The translations under genes were made by a program, and so were the position numbers. Below, one piece after another: positions 11,073 to 20,410 of a stretch of DNA of 64,000 bases (position 1 is its first letter; each line of letters begins with the position of its first letter). Under the pieces are notes generated by a model. The model saw only the letters and a program-made list of their open reading frames with translations, did no database searches and had not been told where the DNA came from. The DNA is from an uncultured Prevotella sp. (lineage in GTDB: Bacteria; Bacteroidota; Bacteroidia; Bacteroidales; Bacteroidaceae): assembly GCA_902476365.1 (NCBI GenBank), contig CABSCZ010000005.1, positions 7,009 to 71,008 of the forward strand. Reading direction: 5' to 3'.

Positions 11073-11884
11073 CCCTTACGATAGGCCTCGATAGCCTTCT
11101 CGACCGATCCATACATCAAGAGGATTCTCCGGGCATGCCCATACTCCAATCCTAGTTCGTTTACGATCATGCGCGTGCCTCGGTCGATGAGCTTTTGATT
11201 GGTGAGCTGCATGTTGACCATCCGGTTTCCCTTCACGCGTCCCAATTGGATCATGACCGTCGTCGAGATCATATTCAAGATCATTTTCTGCCCGGTTCCT
11301 GATTTCATGCGCGAAGACCCCGTTACGAACTCAGGACCCACAATCATTTCAATGGGCACATCAGCCTCTGCCGCCAAGGGCGTGCCAGGATTACTGGTGA
11401 TACACCCCGTCAGGATCCCATGCCTCTTGCACTCATGCAAGGCTCCCACGACATAAGGGGTTGTCCCTGAGGCAGCGATCCCGATGACCGTATCATTCTC
11501 ATTGACACGATGCCGGAGAAGTTCCACCCAACCCCGGTTAGGGTCATCCTCCGCATTTTCCACAGCATTGCGGAGTGCAACGTCTCCCCCGGCGATCAGC
11601 CCAATGACGTGATGGGGATCCATGCCAAAGGTTGGAGGGATCTCAGAAGCGTCGAGGACCCCTAACCTACCGCTCGTGCCCGCTCCCATGTAGAAGATGC
11701 GCCCGCCCTTCTTCATCTTAGGCACGATCTGATTGACCAGCGTCTCTACCTGCGGGATGACCTTCTCGACAGCCAAAGCCACTTTCTTGTCCTCGGTGTT
11801 GATATCCACCAACAATTCGTGCACACTCTTCTCCTCCAAATGATCATAGAGGGAAGGCTGCTCCGTAATGTTCACGAAAGCCAT
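11069..11884 (-). CDS. murQ: N-acetylmuramic acid 6-phosphate etherase (SIS domain)
   Basis: SIS glycine-rich motif [24 protein letters not shown] (matches E. coli MurQ [22 protein letters not shown]), plus AVENAEDD and [15 protein letters not shown]. The ORF-track start at 12049 is TTG. The first ATG is at 11882-11884 (MAFVNITEQ...). Confidence 0.85.
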   Translation of the reverse strand: [271 protein letters not shown]

Positions 11885-11895
11885 ATCAGCAAGCG

Positions 11896-12741
11896 TTAGA
11901 TTTTTCCCGTATGATAGTCGACCAGTCCTTCCATCGGTGCCTGGATGATCCTGCCCAAGGACATTCCCTCCGCCTTGAGGGCTTTCTCCAAGGGATCGCG
12001 ATAGAAATAGGCGATGGAACCATTGAATCCGATCGGCAACTGGTCCCAATGGTCATATTGCTTGACATTGCGGACGAGGAAGCTTCTGAAAGCAGTGACC
12101 ACCAAGTTCTCGATACAGGGTTCCGAGAGGTTTTCTTGCAAGAAGGGCACGAAACTTGCCAGGAAGCGATTGGGCAGTTTCTGGCGGTAGACACGGTCGA
12201 TGATCTCTGCCTGAGAGAGGTGGAATCGCGCATGGAAGCGCTCGCAGATAGACGCGGGCAGCTGATGCTTCAGCACATCCCCCACCAGGGTCTTCCCCAA
12301 GACGGCCCCACTGCCCTCATCGCCGAGGATAAAGCCCAATGGCGATACATTCTTCGTGATTCTCTCCCCATCATAGGAACAGGAATTACTGCCTGTGCCC
12401 AAGATGCAGGCGATACCCGGCTGATGACCGCAAAGGCTGCGGGCAGCCGCCAACATGTCCGAAGCCACCTCACAACGGCCCTTGACATGGATAAACTGCC
12501 TCAGGGCCCTTTCCACGATCGGTTGCTTTTCGGGCGTACAGCCAGCTCCATAGAAGAACACGTCCTGGATCTCTTTCGAGGGGAGCTGCGGCAAAAGAGC
12601 TGTCTGGATTTCCCCGGCTATTTCCTCTTCCGTCTGGAAGAAGGGGTTCGTGCCTCGTGTCTTGATGGTCAGGGGAGATCTCCCCTCCTCCCACACGCAC
12701 CAATCTGTCTTGGTCGAACCACTGTCTGCTAACAATATCAT
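11896..12741 (-). CDS. murK: BadF/BadG/BcrA/BcrD-type sugar kinase, MurNAc/GlcNAc kinase-like
   Basis: N-terminal ATPase motif MILLADSGSTKTDW and a second motif ILGTGSNSC are present. Adjacency to murQ and an AmpG-like permease matches the Tannerella murK context. Confidence 0.75.
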   Translation of the reverse strand: MILLADSGSTKTDWCVWEEGRSPLTIKTRGTNPFFQTEEEIAGEIQTALLPQLPSKEIQDVFFYGAGCTPEKQPIVERALRQFIHVKGRCEVASDMLAAARSLCGHQPGIACILGTGSNSCSYDGERITKNVSPLGFILGDEGSGAVLGKTLVGDVLKHQLPASICERFHARFHLSQAEIIDRVYRQKLPNRFLASFVPFLQENLSEPCIENLVVTAFRSFLVRNVKQYDHWDQLPIGFNGSIAYFYRDPLEKALKAEGMSLGRIIQAPMEGLVDYHTGKI

Positions 12742-12744
12742 ATC

Positions 12745-14091
12745 TTAATGTTTTTTAGAGTTTTCCTTTCCATAGCTCGCGTCCACTGCCTGTCGCACGA
12801 AGAAGGTAACGGCTACCGTGGCAAGACAGCAGAAGATCACCATCCAGAAGAAGCCTGGATAGCCTAACCACTCTTGCAGGTAACCGGCGAACATGCCGGG
12901 GACCATCATGCTCAATGCCATGAAGGCAGTACAGATGGCGTAGTGGGCGGTCGTGAACTCACCCTCGGAAAAATACATCATGTAGAGCATGTACGCGGTA
13001 AAGCCGAACCCATAGCCAAATTGTTCGATCGCCACGCACGTACTGATCACGACGATGTTGGTGGGATGTGCCATGCTCAGGTAGACGAAGGTAGCGCAGG
13101 GCAATGTCATGCAGGCTGCCATGGGCCAAAGGGATTTCCGCAGTCCCCACCTTGAGGCGGCAATGCCTCCGATGATGCCGCCAATGGTCAGGAAGAGCAC
13201 GCCAATGGTACCATAGACGACCCCCACCTCTTGGGTGGAGAGGGCGAGCCCTCCACTTTCCACAGACCCTAAGAGGAATGGGTTGACCATTTTCAGCAGG
13301 AATGCCTCTGGCAAGCGGTAGAGCAGCATGAACACGATGGCGAGCCACACGCCGGGCTTGCGGAAGTAGGTAGAGAAGGTGCGGCAAAACTCGCGGACGA
13401 TTTCCTTTGCCTGCCCGGTCTTGCTCTCGCCCAAGCGAGGGGCATCCGCCGCAGGATGGGGGATGACGAAGGCGTGGTAAAGGGAAAGTGCCGTGAACAG
13501 GATGGCGGAGATACCCATCGTCACCTGCCATGCCAAGGGGATATTCCGGGTAGAGGCCTCCAAGACGCCGGCAATGTACACCAGCACGCCTTGCCCGAAG
13601 ATGGACGACAGGCGGTAGAAGGTGCTGCGTATCCCGACGAAGAACGATTGATCTTCCTGGCTCAAGGCGAGCATATAGAAGCCATCGGCGGCAATGTCAT
13701 GGGTGGCTGACGCAAAGGCTGAAACGACAAAGAGGACCAGCGTGAAGGTGAAGAGTCCCACCGGTGTTTGCCGTGCTTGTATGACGGAATCGGCAGGATG
13801 GGGGATGGACAATGTCAGCAAGATGAAGGCCGCACTCATCAGAAGCTGCATGGCAACGATCCACCAACGCTTGGTCTTCACGATGTCCACGAACGGGCTC
13901 CACAAAGGCTTGATGGTCCAAGGAAGGTACAGCAGGCTGGTGAAAAGTGCCATTTTACCATTCGGCACCCCCATCTTCGTGAACATGGTCACCGAGATGT
14001 TGTTGACAATGAAATAGGGCAGTCCCTCGGCAAAATAAAGCGTTGGGATCCATGCCCACAATAACCGGTTTGACGAGTGAATCTTTCCCAT
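12745..14091 (-). CDS. AmpG-family MFS permease (muropeptide / anhydro-MurNAc-type transporter)
   Basis: N-terminus LYFAEGLPYF...LYLPWTIKPLWSPFVD...KRWWIV resembles the E. coli AmpG N-terminus (GLP...LWSPLMD). About 12 predicted TM segments. ATG at 14089-14091. Confidence 0.75.
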   Translation of the reverse strand: MGKIHSSNRLLWAWIPTLYFAEGLPYFIVNNISVTMFTKMGVPNGKMALFTSLLYLPWTIKPLWSPFVDIVKTKRWWIVAMQLLMSAAFILLTLSIPHPADSVIQARQTPVGLFTFTLVLFVVSAFASATHDIAADGFYMLALSQEDQSFFVGIRSTFYRLSSIFGQGVLVYIAGVLEASTRNIPLAWQVTMGISAILFTALSLYHAFVIPHPAADAPRLGESKTGQAKEIVREFCRTFSTYFRKPGVWLAIVFMLLYRLPEAFLLKMVNPFLLGSVESGGLALSTQEVGVVYGTIGVLFLTIGGIIGGIAASRWGLRKSLWPMAACMTLPCATFVYLSMAHPTNIVVISTCVAIEQFGYGFGFTAYMLYMMYFSEGEFTTAHYAICTAFMALSMMVPGMFAGYLQEWLGYPGFFWMVIFCCLATVAVTFFVRQAVDASYGKENSKKH

Positions 14092-14094
14092 GCC

Positions 14095-15567
14095 TTACTT
14101 GCCCTGGTTCATCTTGATCCGCGCCATCAGTTCCCAGGTACGGATGCGGTCCTTGTACAGGTTATTCCGGTTGTTCTTCTCCACGGAGAGCGCGGCGTCT
14201 GAGTTGTCATCCCACCGGCGGCAATTGTAGACGGCATCATAGATGCGCCCGATCTGGTAATGGCGCGAGATGGCCAAGCCGAGCGCATAGTCTTCCCCAT
14301 AGTTGACATTCGGCAGGAGGGTGTCGCGCACGATGGGGGTAAAGAAGGCCCGGGGGGCACCTAATCCATTGATGCGCAGCGCATTGTTACGTCCATTCTC
14401 CGGTGTCCACTCCCGATGGTCTACCTTTCCGGGCGGAAGAATGTTCAAATGGATGTCCGTGAGCATATAGGAGCCGATGACCATGGCGCACTCCTGGGCA
14501 TAGAAGGCATCCACCATCTTCTGCAAGGTATCCGTTCCGGAATAGACATCATCGCTGTCCAACTGGACCAGGAACCTGCCGCACTTGGGATGATGGGCTG
14601 CCATATTCCAGCTCCCCCCTACCCCTACATCACGACGGGTGGGGATCAGGTGGACTATACGGTCGTCGTGGATGGAGTCGATGGCTTCGGTCGTGCCATC
14701 TGTCGAATGGAAGTCTGGCCCATTCTCGACCACGAACACATTATACTTGAAACTCGTCTGCTGGCTTAAGGCACTCTCAATGGCGTCCTTGATCGTGCGG
14801 ATCCGGTTGCGGACAGGGATCATGACGGATGCTTCCACCTCGAAGTCGCCTTCGCGCAAGGGCACCTTGTCGAAGACGGGCTTCAGGTAGCCGCCCACCT
14901 CTTTCAGGTAATCCGTGCAAGCCTGTTCCATCTCTATCTGCGAAGCCCGGTTGCGGGGGTCTACATAGTCGAAGAGCTTCTCCCCCGTCTTCCTGTTGTC
15001 AAGCTCCACCTCAGAATAGAGGTACTCGTTGACATGCACGAAGCTCACCTTCTCCGCCAACTTCAGGCGCAGGTCGTAGAACCCGGCAGCCTGATAGTAG
15101 CTCGTCATCCTCGCAGCAGCCTCCTTCAGGGCTGAGGTACGGATGAGGAGGACTGACCCGAAGTCAAAGTCATCCCGGAGCGATCCCATCTGATAGTCGA
15201 TGACCGGGGCTTCCGAACGCTTGCCGTCGGCTGATATCTGGTAATGGTCGGCATAAAGCATACCAGCATCCGTGTCCTCCATGACGTGGACCATTCGCTC
15301 CAAGGCATATAGTCCCATCTCCAAGGACTGCTCCTTCATGTACAGCAAGGTGAAGGGAGCCTTTGCCTCTGCGGCGACAGCCCGCATCGTGCGACTGCTT
15401 TTCAACGTATCTATTCCCAGCACGCCATCCACGCCTGCCACGTCTGCCTTTGCCGACTGCATGACAAGGATACGGCTGACCAGTTCATTGCCTTTTAGGC
15501 TTTCCAAGGTTTTCGCCAGTTCTTCCTTGCCTGCCATGGGAAGGAAGCAATCTATCAATTGTCTCAT
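14095..15567 (-). CDS. family 2 glycosyltransferase (two-domain)
   Basis: GT2 motif VMIPVRNRIRTIKDAIESALSQ and DxD-like LDSDDV are present. The stop lies 3 nt from the downstream AmpG-like start. Confidence 0.7.
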   Translation of the reverse strand: MRQLIDCFLPMAGKEELAKTLESLKGNELVSRILVMQSAKADVAGVDGVLGIDTLKSSRTMRAVAAEAKAPFTLLYMKEQSLEMGLYALERMVHVMEDTDAGMLYADHYQISADGKRSEAPVIDYQMGSLRDDFDFGSVLLIRTSALKEAAARMTSYYQAAGFYDLRLKLAEKVSFVHVNEYLYSEVELDNRKTGEKLFDYVDPRNRASQIEMEQACTDYLKEVGGYLKPVFDKVPLREGDFEVEASVMIPVRNRIRTIKDAIESALSQQTSFKYNVFVVENGPDFHSTDGTTEAIDSIHDDRIVHLIPTRRDVGVGGSWNMAAHHPKCGRFLVQLDSDDVYSGTDTLQKMVDAFYAQECAMVIGSYMLTDIHLNILPPGKVDHREWTPENGRNNALRINGLGAPRAFFTPIVRDTLLPNVNYGEDYALGLAISRHYQIGRIYDAVYNCRRWDDNSDAALSVEKNNRNNLYKDRIRTWELMARIKMNQGK

Positions 15568-15678
15568 TTTGCTATTTTGTTTTTTATGATCCTTCTGTCT
15601 TCAGGCCCGCTCCATTGACAGCGGACTGCCTTGACCGTGCAAATATACGGAAAAATCTGTTCTTATGGGTGCTTTCCC

Positions 15679-16419
15679 TCATTTTTCAGCCATCTTTTTC
15701 TTCCCATGCGCCTTGAAGAGCACGTCGGTGAGCCAATATCCAAGCTCGGTGGCGAGGATGCCGATGCCTGCGCCCACGATCACGTCCGACAGCCAGTGCT
15801 TGTCGTTTGCGATACGCATGAGCCCTGTCATCGTGGCGACGCCATAGCCACCGATGCCCACCCAGGGGCTCAGGTGTCCATATTCCTTGCTGAGCATCGT
15901 GGCAGTCATGAAGGCTGCCGCCGTATGCCCTGACGGAAAACTTTGTCGGTCGCTGCCGTCTGGGCGGCGGACATGAACCGAATGCTTAAGGGCCAACAAG
16001 GTGGCTGACATCAATGCCGTAGAGGTGGCATCGCTCAGGAGCATCCGATCCCAGGGACTGCGACTGGGAACACCCGCTACCTTCAAGCCTACCATCACGG
16101 CAGCTGGTGCGAAGCGCAGGTAGTCATCGACCGCACAATGGAAATGGGGCATCAAGTCGTCGCGTCCATGGTGAACAGGCTTGTCCAAAGACGTGGCGAC
16201 CAGCCCTCCCACAATGAGGGGAACGCCCACATGGGTAGCCTGGTAGAGACGCGACTGCGCCATCCGGTCGGTCCATTTCAACGACGGCATGGAGTCCTGT
16301 TGCTGCATGGCAGCCATACTGTCCCCATGGCATAGGGAATTTCCTTGTCCATAGACAGGACTTGCCTGCCAGCAAACAGGGAAGGTGAGGAGGAGCATCA
16401 GTCCTATAAGATACTTCAT
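15679..16419 (-). CDS. PAP2-family (acid phosphatase / lipid-phosphate or undecaprenyl-PP phosphatase-like) membrane/periplasmic protein
   Basis: All three PAP2 motifs are present: KHSVHVRRP, PSGH and MRIANDKHWLSD (SRxxxxxHxxxD). Confidence 0.8.
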   Translation of the reverse strand: MKYLIGLMLLLTFPVCWQASPVYGQGNSLCHGDSMAAMQQQDSMPSLKWTDRMAQSRLYQATHVGVPLIVGGLVATSLDKPVHHGRDDLMPHFHCAVDDYLRFAPAAVMVGLKVAGVPSRSPWDRMLLSDATSTALMSATLLALKHSVHVRRPDGSDRQSFPSGHTAAAFMTATMLSKEYGHLSPWVGIGGYGVATMTGLMRIANDKHWLSDVIVGAGIGILATELGYWLTDVLFKAHGKKKMAEK

Positions 16420-16503
16420 CTGCCTTTCATTCTTTTTGAAGGCAAAGATAATACAGAATTTTGGATAAATACGATAGATTAGCGCGAAAAGGTTGCTTAC
16501 TTT

Positions 16504-16638
16504 GGAAAAGATGGCCTTTCAGGTGGCAAAAGGACATCTAAAAGCGCCCAGGAGATGGCCTTTCAGGCAACAGGAGGTCATCTAAAAGCTTCCAGGAGAT
16601 AACCCTTCAAGCAGCGAAAGGTTATCTCCTGGAAAAGC
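16504..16638. repeat. three tandem ~45 nt hairpin-forming repeat units in the GDPD-PAP2 intergenic region
   Basis: Units are 16504-16547, 16548-16592 and 16593-16638. Each has an inverted repeat (AGATGGCC..GG(A/T)CATCT, or GGAGATAACC..GGTTATCTCC as a perfect 10 bp stem). Each ends in CTAAAAGC or CTGGAAAAGC. Confidence 0.5.
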
Positions 16639-16684
16639 AAGAATACAGTTGAAACCGACTGTGTGTAGACGTGCTTACCCTCGA

Positions 16685-17566
16685 CTAAGGATTGGGCCTC
16701 CAAAGTCCCTTGGATTTCAGGAAAGCCGTCAGCTCCTTGATCCGATCAGTTTGTATCATGTTGATTTGATGGTCAATAAACCAGTCATAGACATGGGCAT
16801 CATCCAATGCCGCATCGTCATCATGCCCGGCATTCTGCTCAGGCCACAGCGAGTTGATCCAAACCTTAATCCCTTTTTTCCGAAGGGGCGAGAAATCTAT
16901 CAGATGAGATTCATCACTGCCTACGGTAAACTCGAAGCCATAAGGTACGTAATTTTTCAGGTAGCCTTCAATCATCGTCTGACCATGATCGCTCGCGAGA
17001 TGGACGATGGGCATAAAAACAATCTGGTCTTTGATATCCCCATATCGCTTGTCGAACGTTGTATAGTCAACGTTGGCTTTCAAGAGCACTTCGTCAAGCA
17101 TGTCATATTTCTTCAGGAGGGGCAACACCTTGTCAAAGTACTCAAACCCCTTGTCTAAATTCAGGAAGATCTTCCCCTTTGCCACCGCCAGCACCTCCTC
17201 CAAGGTAGGAATGCCCATCTGGGTGGGCACGCCGGTGCCCGCCCTCAGCCGAAGCTTCTGGATATCCTTATAAAGATAGTCAGAGGGCTTGCCTTTCCCT
17301 GTCGTCGTCCGGTCCAGGGTCTTGTCATGCAATAGGATAAGCACACTGTCCTTTGTCATGGCTAAGTCGATTTCCGCCATGTTTGCCCCAGCCTCATAGG
17401 CTTTCTTGATCGCCAAGACAGAATTCTCTGGGGCCTCGCGCCAATTGCCTCGATGCGCAATGACCATGACCTTGTCGTTGGGAAAATTGCGAAGTGAATG
17501 GGATTGGGCCCACGACCATGAGGCGCAGCCCAGCAATACCCAACATATCCATAATAGTCTTTTCAT
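16685..17566 (-). CDS. glycerophosphodiester phosphodiesterase (GDPD family), secreted
   Basis: Signal peptide MKRLLWICWVLLGCASWSWAQ. GDPD motifs VIAHRGNWREAPENS, EIDLAMTKDSVLILLHD. Confidence 0.8.
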   Translation of the reverse strand: MKRLLWICWVLLGCASWSWAQSHSLRNFPNDKVMVIAHRGNWREAPENSVLAIKKAYEAGANMAEIDLAMTKDSVLILLHDKTLDRTTTGKGKPSDYLYKDIQKLRLRAGTGVPTQMGIPTLEEVLAVAKGKIFLNLDKGFEYFDKVLPLLKKYDMLDEVLLKANVDYTTFDKRYGDIKDQIVFMPIVHLASDHGQTMIEGYLKNYVPYGFEFTVGSDESHLIDFSPLRKKGIKVWINSLWPEQNAGHDDDAALDDAHVYDWFIDHQINMIQTDRIKELTAFLKSKGLWRPNP

Positions 17567-17624
17567 GTTTTATTCCTTTGTTTTTTCGATTTCCCATCAT
17601 GCAATAGGTTCACGCAGGACGCTC

Positions 17625-18851
17625 TTATGGGTCCATCGGCTCGTCATCATCGATTTGCAGGCAAGAGCGATTGACGAAGAACGACGACAGTCTGTCCTCT
17701 ATTCTCTTCGACAGGGACACGGGCAAGTATCCCAGTTCCTTGATGAACCTTTGTTGGAAAGTATCACTACATACATAATCAATATGCGACTTGCTCCCCG
17801 TCACTAATGCGGGCTTGTCCATGGGAAAGCCTTGCCTGAGCATGATCCTGCCCGCATTCCGCAGGTTTGTCGTGGTATGGCGTGCATGCGGCTCAACGAT
17901 CACCACGCTGTCAGGGACCTGGCAGACCGTCCGGAGATAATTCCGCATCTCCTCGGCCTCGCAGTAAGGCGTATGATAGGGATGCACCTTCCCCCCAGAG
18001 ACGATGATAAAGGGCACTAACTTCCGTCTCCAGCACAGGGCGGCATAGTCGGCGCGCAGCAAGCTCTCCGCCGTGACGCGCTCGGTGCTGGTCTCCGGAC
18101 CGACGCCTAACACCACAATCGCCGAATAGGGATATTGCCCCCACGCTGTCCGGGCTGCCGCTGCATAGGCAGCTTTGTTCAGGCCGTTCGCCAAGGGCTC
18201 GTCATCAGTGGCTTGCAGGCGATCATTTGCCATCAACAGGCATTGTACGGCTTGCATGGGGATGGCAGCAAAGAAAGGGTCATCCTCAGTCGCTAACAGG
18301 ACATTCCCCTTCACAAGGGGAAAGATCTCTTGGGTGAAGCGGCGACCATGCACATCAAAGCTGACCGAATCGATCAACGGGTAATTAGGCTTGCCACCTC
18401 CTCCATAGACATCGATCGCATGGTTGAGAGCCTTGGCATCATGATACCAGGCATTCATTAGGCGCTCGCGCCCTTTCCCTTCCGCCATCGCGTAACATCC
18501 AGTAGCCATCACGGAGTCGTCGACAAAAGAGCGGAAGGACGGTTCACGGTCATAGAGCGCAGCCAGTCGGAGAGCGACTTGCCTTGCATGATCGTCAGAG
18601 ACCTTCATGGCTTTCACTCCATCAAGGCTAAGGGATGCCTCCGAGAGAGCCTTACGCTGTGTCTGTCCTAACTGGACGAGGTTCTTATCGGCTGCCAGCA
18701 ACTGCCTCATCCCGGCATTCCTGGAGAGCATGAAACTCAGGTAAGCATTCTTGCTCAGCACATTCTCAGGTACTACCGGGCGAAAGCACTGCTGCTTCTG
18801 GGCAGATGACTGCAAGGCCAGGAGCAGCAAGGATAGAAATAGAATTCTCAT
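17625..18851 (-). CDS. DUF218 (YdcF/ElyC/SanA-like) domain protein, secreted
   Basis: The ORF-track start is GTG at 18953. The in-frame ATG at 18849-18851 gives a signal peptide MRILFLSLLLLALQSSAQ. The region AIVVLGVG...FIIVSGG resembles DUF218. Confidence 0.5.
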   Translation of the reverse strand: MRILFLSLLLLALQSSAQKQQCFRPVVPENVLSKNAYLSFMLSRNAGMRQLLAADKNLVQLGQTQRKALSEASLSLDGVKAMKVSDDHARQVALRLAALYDREPSFRSFVDDSVMATGCYAMAEGKGRERLMNAWYHDAKALNHAIDVYGGGGKPNYPLIDSVSFDVHGRRFTQEIFPLVKGNVLLATEDDPFFAAIPMQAVQCLLMANDRLQATDDEPLANGLNKAAYAAAARTAWGQYPYSAIVVLGVGPETSTERVTAESLLRADYAALCWRRKLVPFIIVSGGKVHPYHTPYCEAEEMRNYLRTVCQVPDSVVIVEPHARHTTTNLRNAGRIMLRQGFPMDKPALVTGSKSHIDYVCSDTFQQRFIKELGYLPVSLSKRIEDRLSSFFVNRSCLQIDDDEPMDP

Positions 18852-18870
18852 ACCTTTTCCTTTTTGGGAT

Positions 18871-20391
18871 TTAATAATCAGGGTTTTGGTACATCTTCTC
18901 CGGATCGAGCTTCCATTCGTCATAAGGAATCGGGAAATAGATATCTTTCTCACCGAAATTATTCAGGTCGGAGATCCCATAATCCTCAGATTTCTTGGAG
19001 TGCATATAGGTCACGAGGTCGGCAGGACTAAAGAAGCGCAGCAGATCGTACCACCGTTGGTTCTCAAAGGCGAGCTCCGATCTGCGCTCATGCAGGATAG
19101 CCCGCATCAGCGTGGGGCATACAGCCTTGTAAGCCGCGTCATCTTTCACCTCTTCATATCCTTGGAGTCCAGCGCGCTTGCGCACTTCGTCAAGCCACTT
19201 GACAGCCTCTGCCTGATTGCCCATACGTGCGTTTACCTCGGCAAGCATCAGGTAGACGTCAGCATAGCGTAGGATAATCCAGTCGTTGCCACCATATCCT
19301 AAAGTGCCAGCAGCGTCACTCGTATCGCGGAATTTCGTGATAAACCACGCCATCGCAGCAGGATCGCTGCAGTATTTGACCGACCATGCCTTACGCACAT
19401 CTCCTTCCTCATACTCCTTGACTAAGTCGGGGTTGACGAACGTTCCCATCCCCGTCGACTTCACCTGCGAGTTGATTGTCTCGCCCTTCGACTGGTTATT
19501 GGCAGCTATGGATGAGTGATAGTCCTTATCGCCCTGCTTATAGACGATCTGGAAGATGATCTCCGGACAGGTAGACTTCTTGTTCACGTCGAAGACATCA
19601 GAATAAGGGATGTCAGACAAGGAATCAAACTGCTTCATATTGTAGCACTCCGTCAAATACTCCTTTGCCTTCTCCAAATAGGAATTTGCATTCCCGTCGT
19701 CCAGAACGGCAGCCATGGTAAGGTAGACTTTCCCTAACAATGCCGTGATGGAAGCCTTGTCGGCACGACCGCGGCTACCCGCGTCCTGGCGATTGGGAAG
19801 GCCACTGTTGAGCGCTTCTTCCAAGTCCTTGACAATCTGCGCATATACCTGGTCCTTAGACACCCTGTAGGTCTTGGCGGTAATGTCTGTCTTTGATGAT
19901 GAATAGTCAGTCACCAAAGGTGCATCTCCCCACTTGCGCACGATATCGAAATAAGCCAAGGCACGGATAAACTTTGCCTGCGCCAGGTAGTTGCTCCTCG
20001 TCGTCTCATCCATGTTGATCTCGTTTGCCCCCTTAATGGTGAAGTTGCAATCGTTGACGGTCCGAAACAAGCCCGTCCAATACGACTTCAGGTAAGTATT
20101 GCTGGGGAGGATGGAGAAGTTGGTAAACTGGAAGGGTTCTCCTGCAGCCGACTGATTGTCAAGTCTTCCGGTATTGTCAGACCGTTCCTCGGTAAACATG
20201 GTGCTGGACTCGCCCATGCAATACCCACTCCGGAGCGAGAGGTAGGCACCGTTCAGGGCCTTCTCCACATCATTGGTACTTTGGAAATAAGTATCCACGG
20301 GTATCTTGTTGGGATCCTCTTCATTGAGAAAGTCGCTGCATGATGGCAGGAGAAAGAGGACTGCCATGGCGATATATATTACTTTTTTCAT
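18871..20391 (-). CDS. SusD/RagB-family outer-membrane nutrient-binding lipoprotein
   Basis: ATG at 20389-20391 gives a lipoprotein signal MKKVIYIAMAVLFLLPSCSD. SusD-like TPR-containing fold features are present. It lies 19 nt downstream of SusC. Confidence 0.85.
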   Translation of the reverse strand: MKKVIYIAMAVLFLLPSCSDFLNEEDPNKIPVDTYFQSTNDVEKALNGAYLSLRSGYCMGESSTMFTEERSDNTGRLDNQSAAGEPFQFTNFSILPSNTYLKSYWTGLFRTVNDCNFTIKGANEINMDETTRSNYLAQAKFIRALAYFDIVRKWGDAPLVTDYSSSKTDITAKTYRVSKDQVYAQIVKDLEEALNSGLPNRQDAGSRGRADKASITALLGKVYLTMAAVLDDGNANSYLEKAKEYLTECYNMKQFDSLSDIPYSDVFDVNKKSTCPEIIFQIVYKQGDKDYHSSIAANNQSKGETINSQVKSTGMGTFVNPDLVKEYEEGDVRKAWSVKYCSDPAAMAWFITKFRDTSDAAGTLGYGGNDWIILRYADVYLMLAEVNARMGNQAEAVKWLDEVRKRAGLQGYEEVKDDAAYKAVCPTLMRAILHERRSELAFENQRWYDLLRFFSPADLVTYMHSKKSEDYGISDLNNFGEKDIYFPIPYDEWKLDPEKMYQNPDY

Positions 20392-20410
20392 CTTTTCTTG
20401 TTTTAGAAAT

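Noticed and set aside
11885-12049. N-terminal extensions in the ORF track, for example murQ 11069..12049 and also 17625..18953, 18871..20433, 31217..31795.
   Set aside because: The track translates TTG or GTG as M. The extensions lack homology and would overlap upstream genes. The first in-frame ATG gives the expected N-terminus or signal peptide.
11911-12732. 273 aa ORF antisense to the murK-like gene. Similar long antisense or alternative-frame ORFs occur at 12959..13531, 13456..13710, 24634..25404, 26698..27408, 29417..30169, 33526..34056 and 35319..35747.
   Set aside because: Each lies wholly inside a longer ORF with a clear family assignment on the other strand or frame. Their translations are low-complexity (R/G/P/H-rich), typical of GC-rich antisense frames. 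None has a recognisable motif.
16504-16638. Tandem repeats as a CRISPR array.
   Set aside because: There are only three units, they abut one another with no spacers, each unit is itself a hairpin, and no cas genes are nearby.
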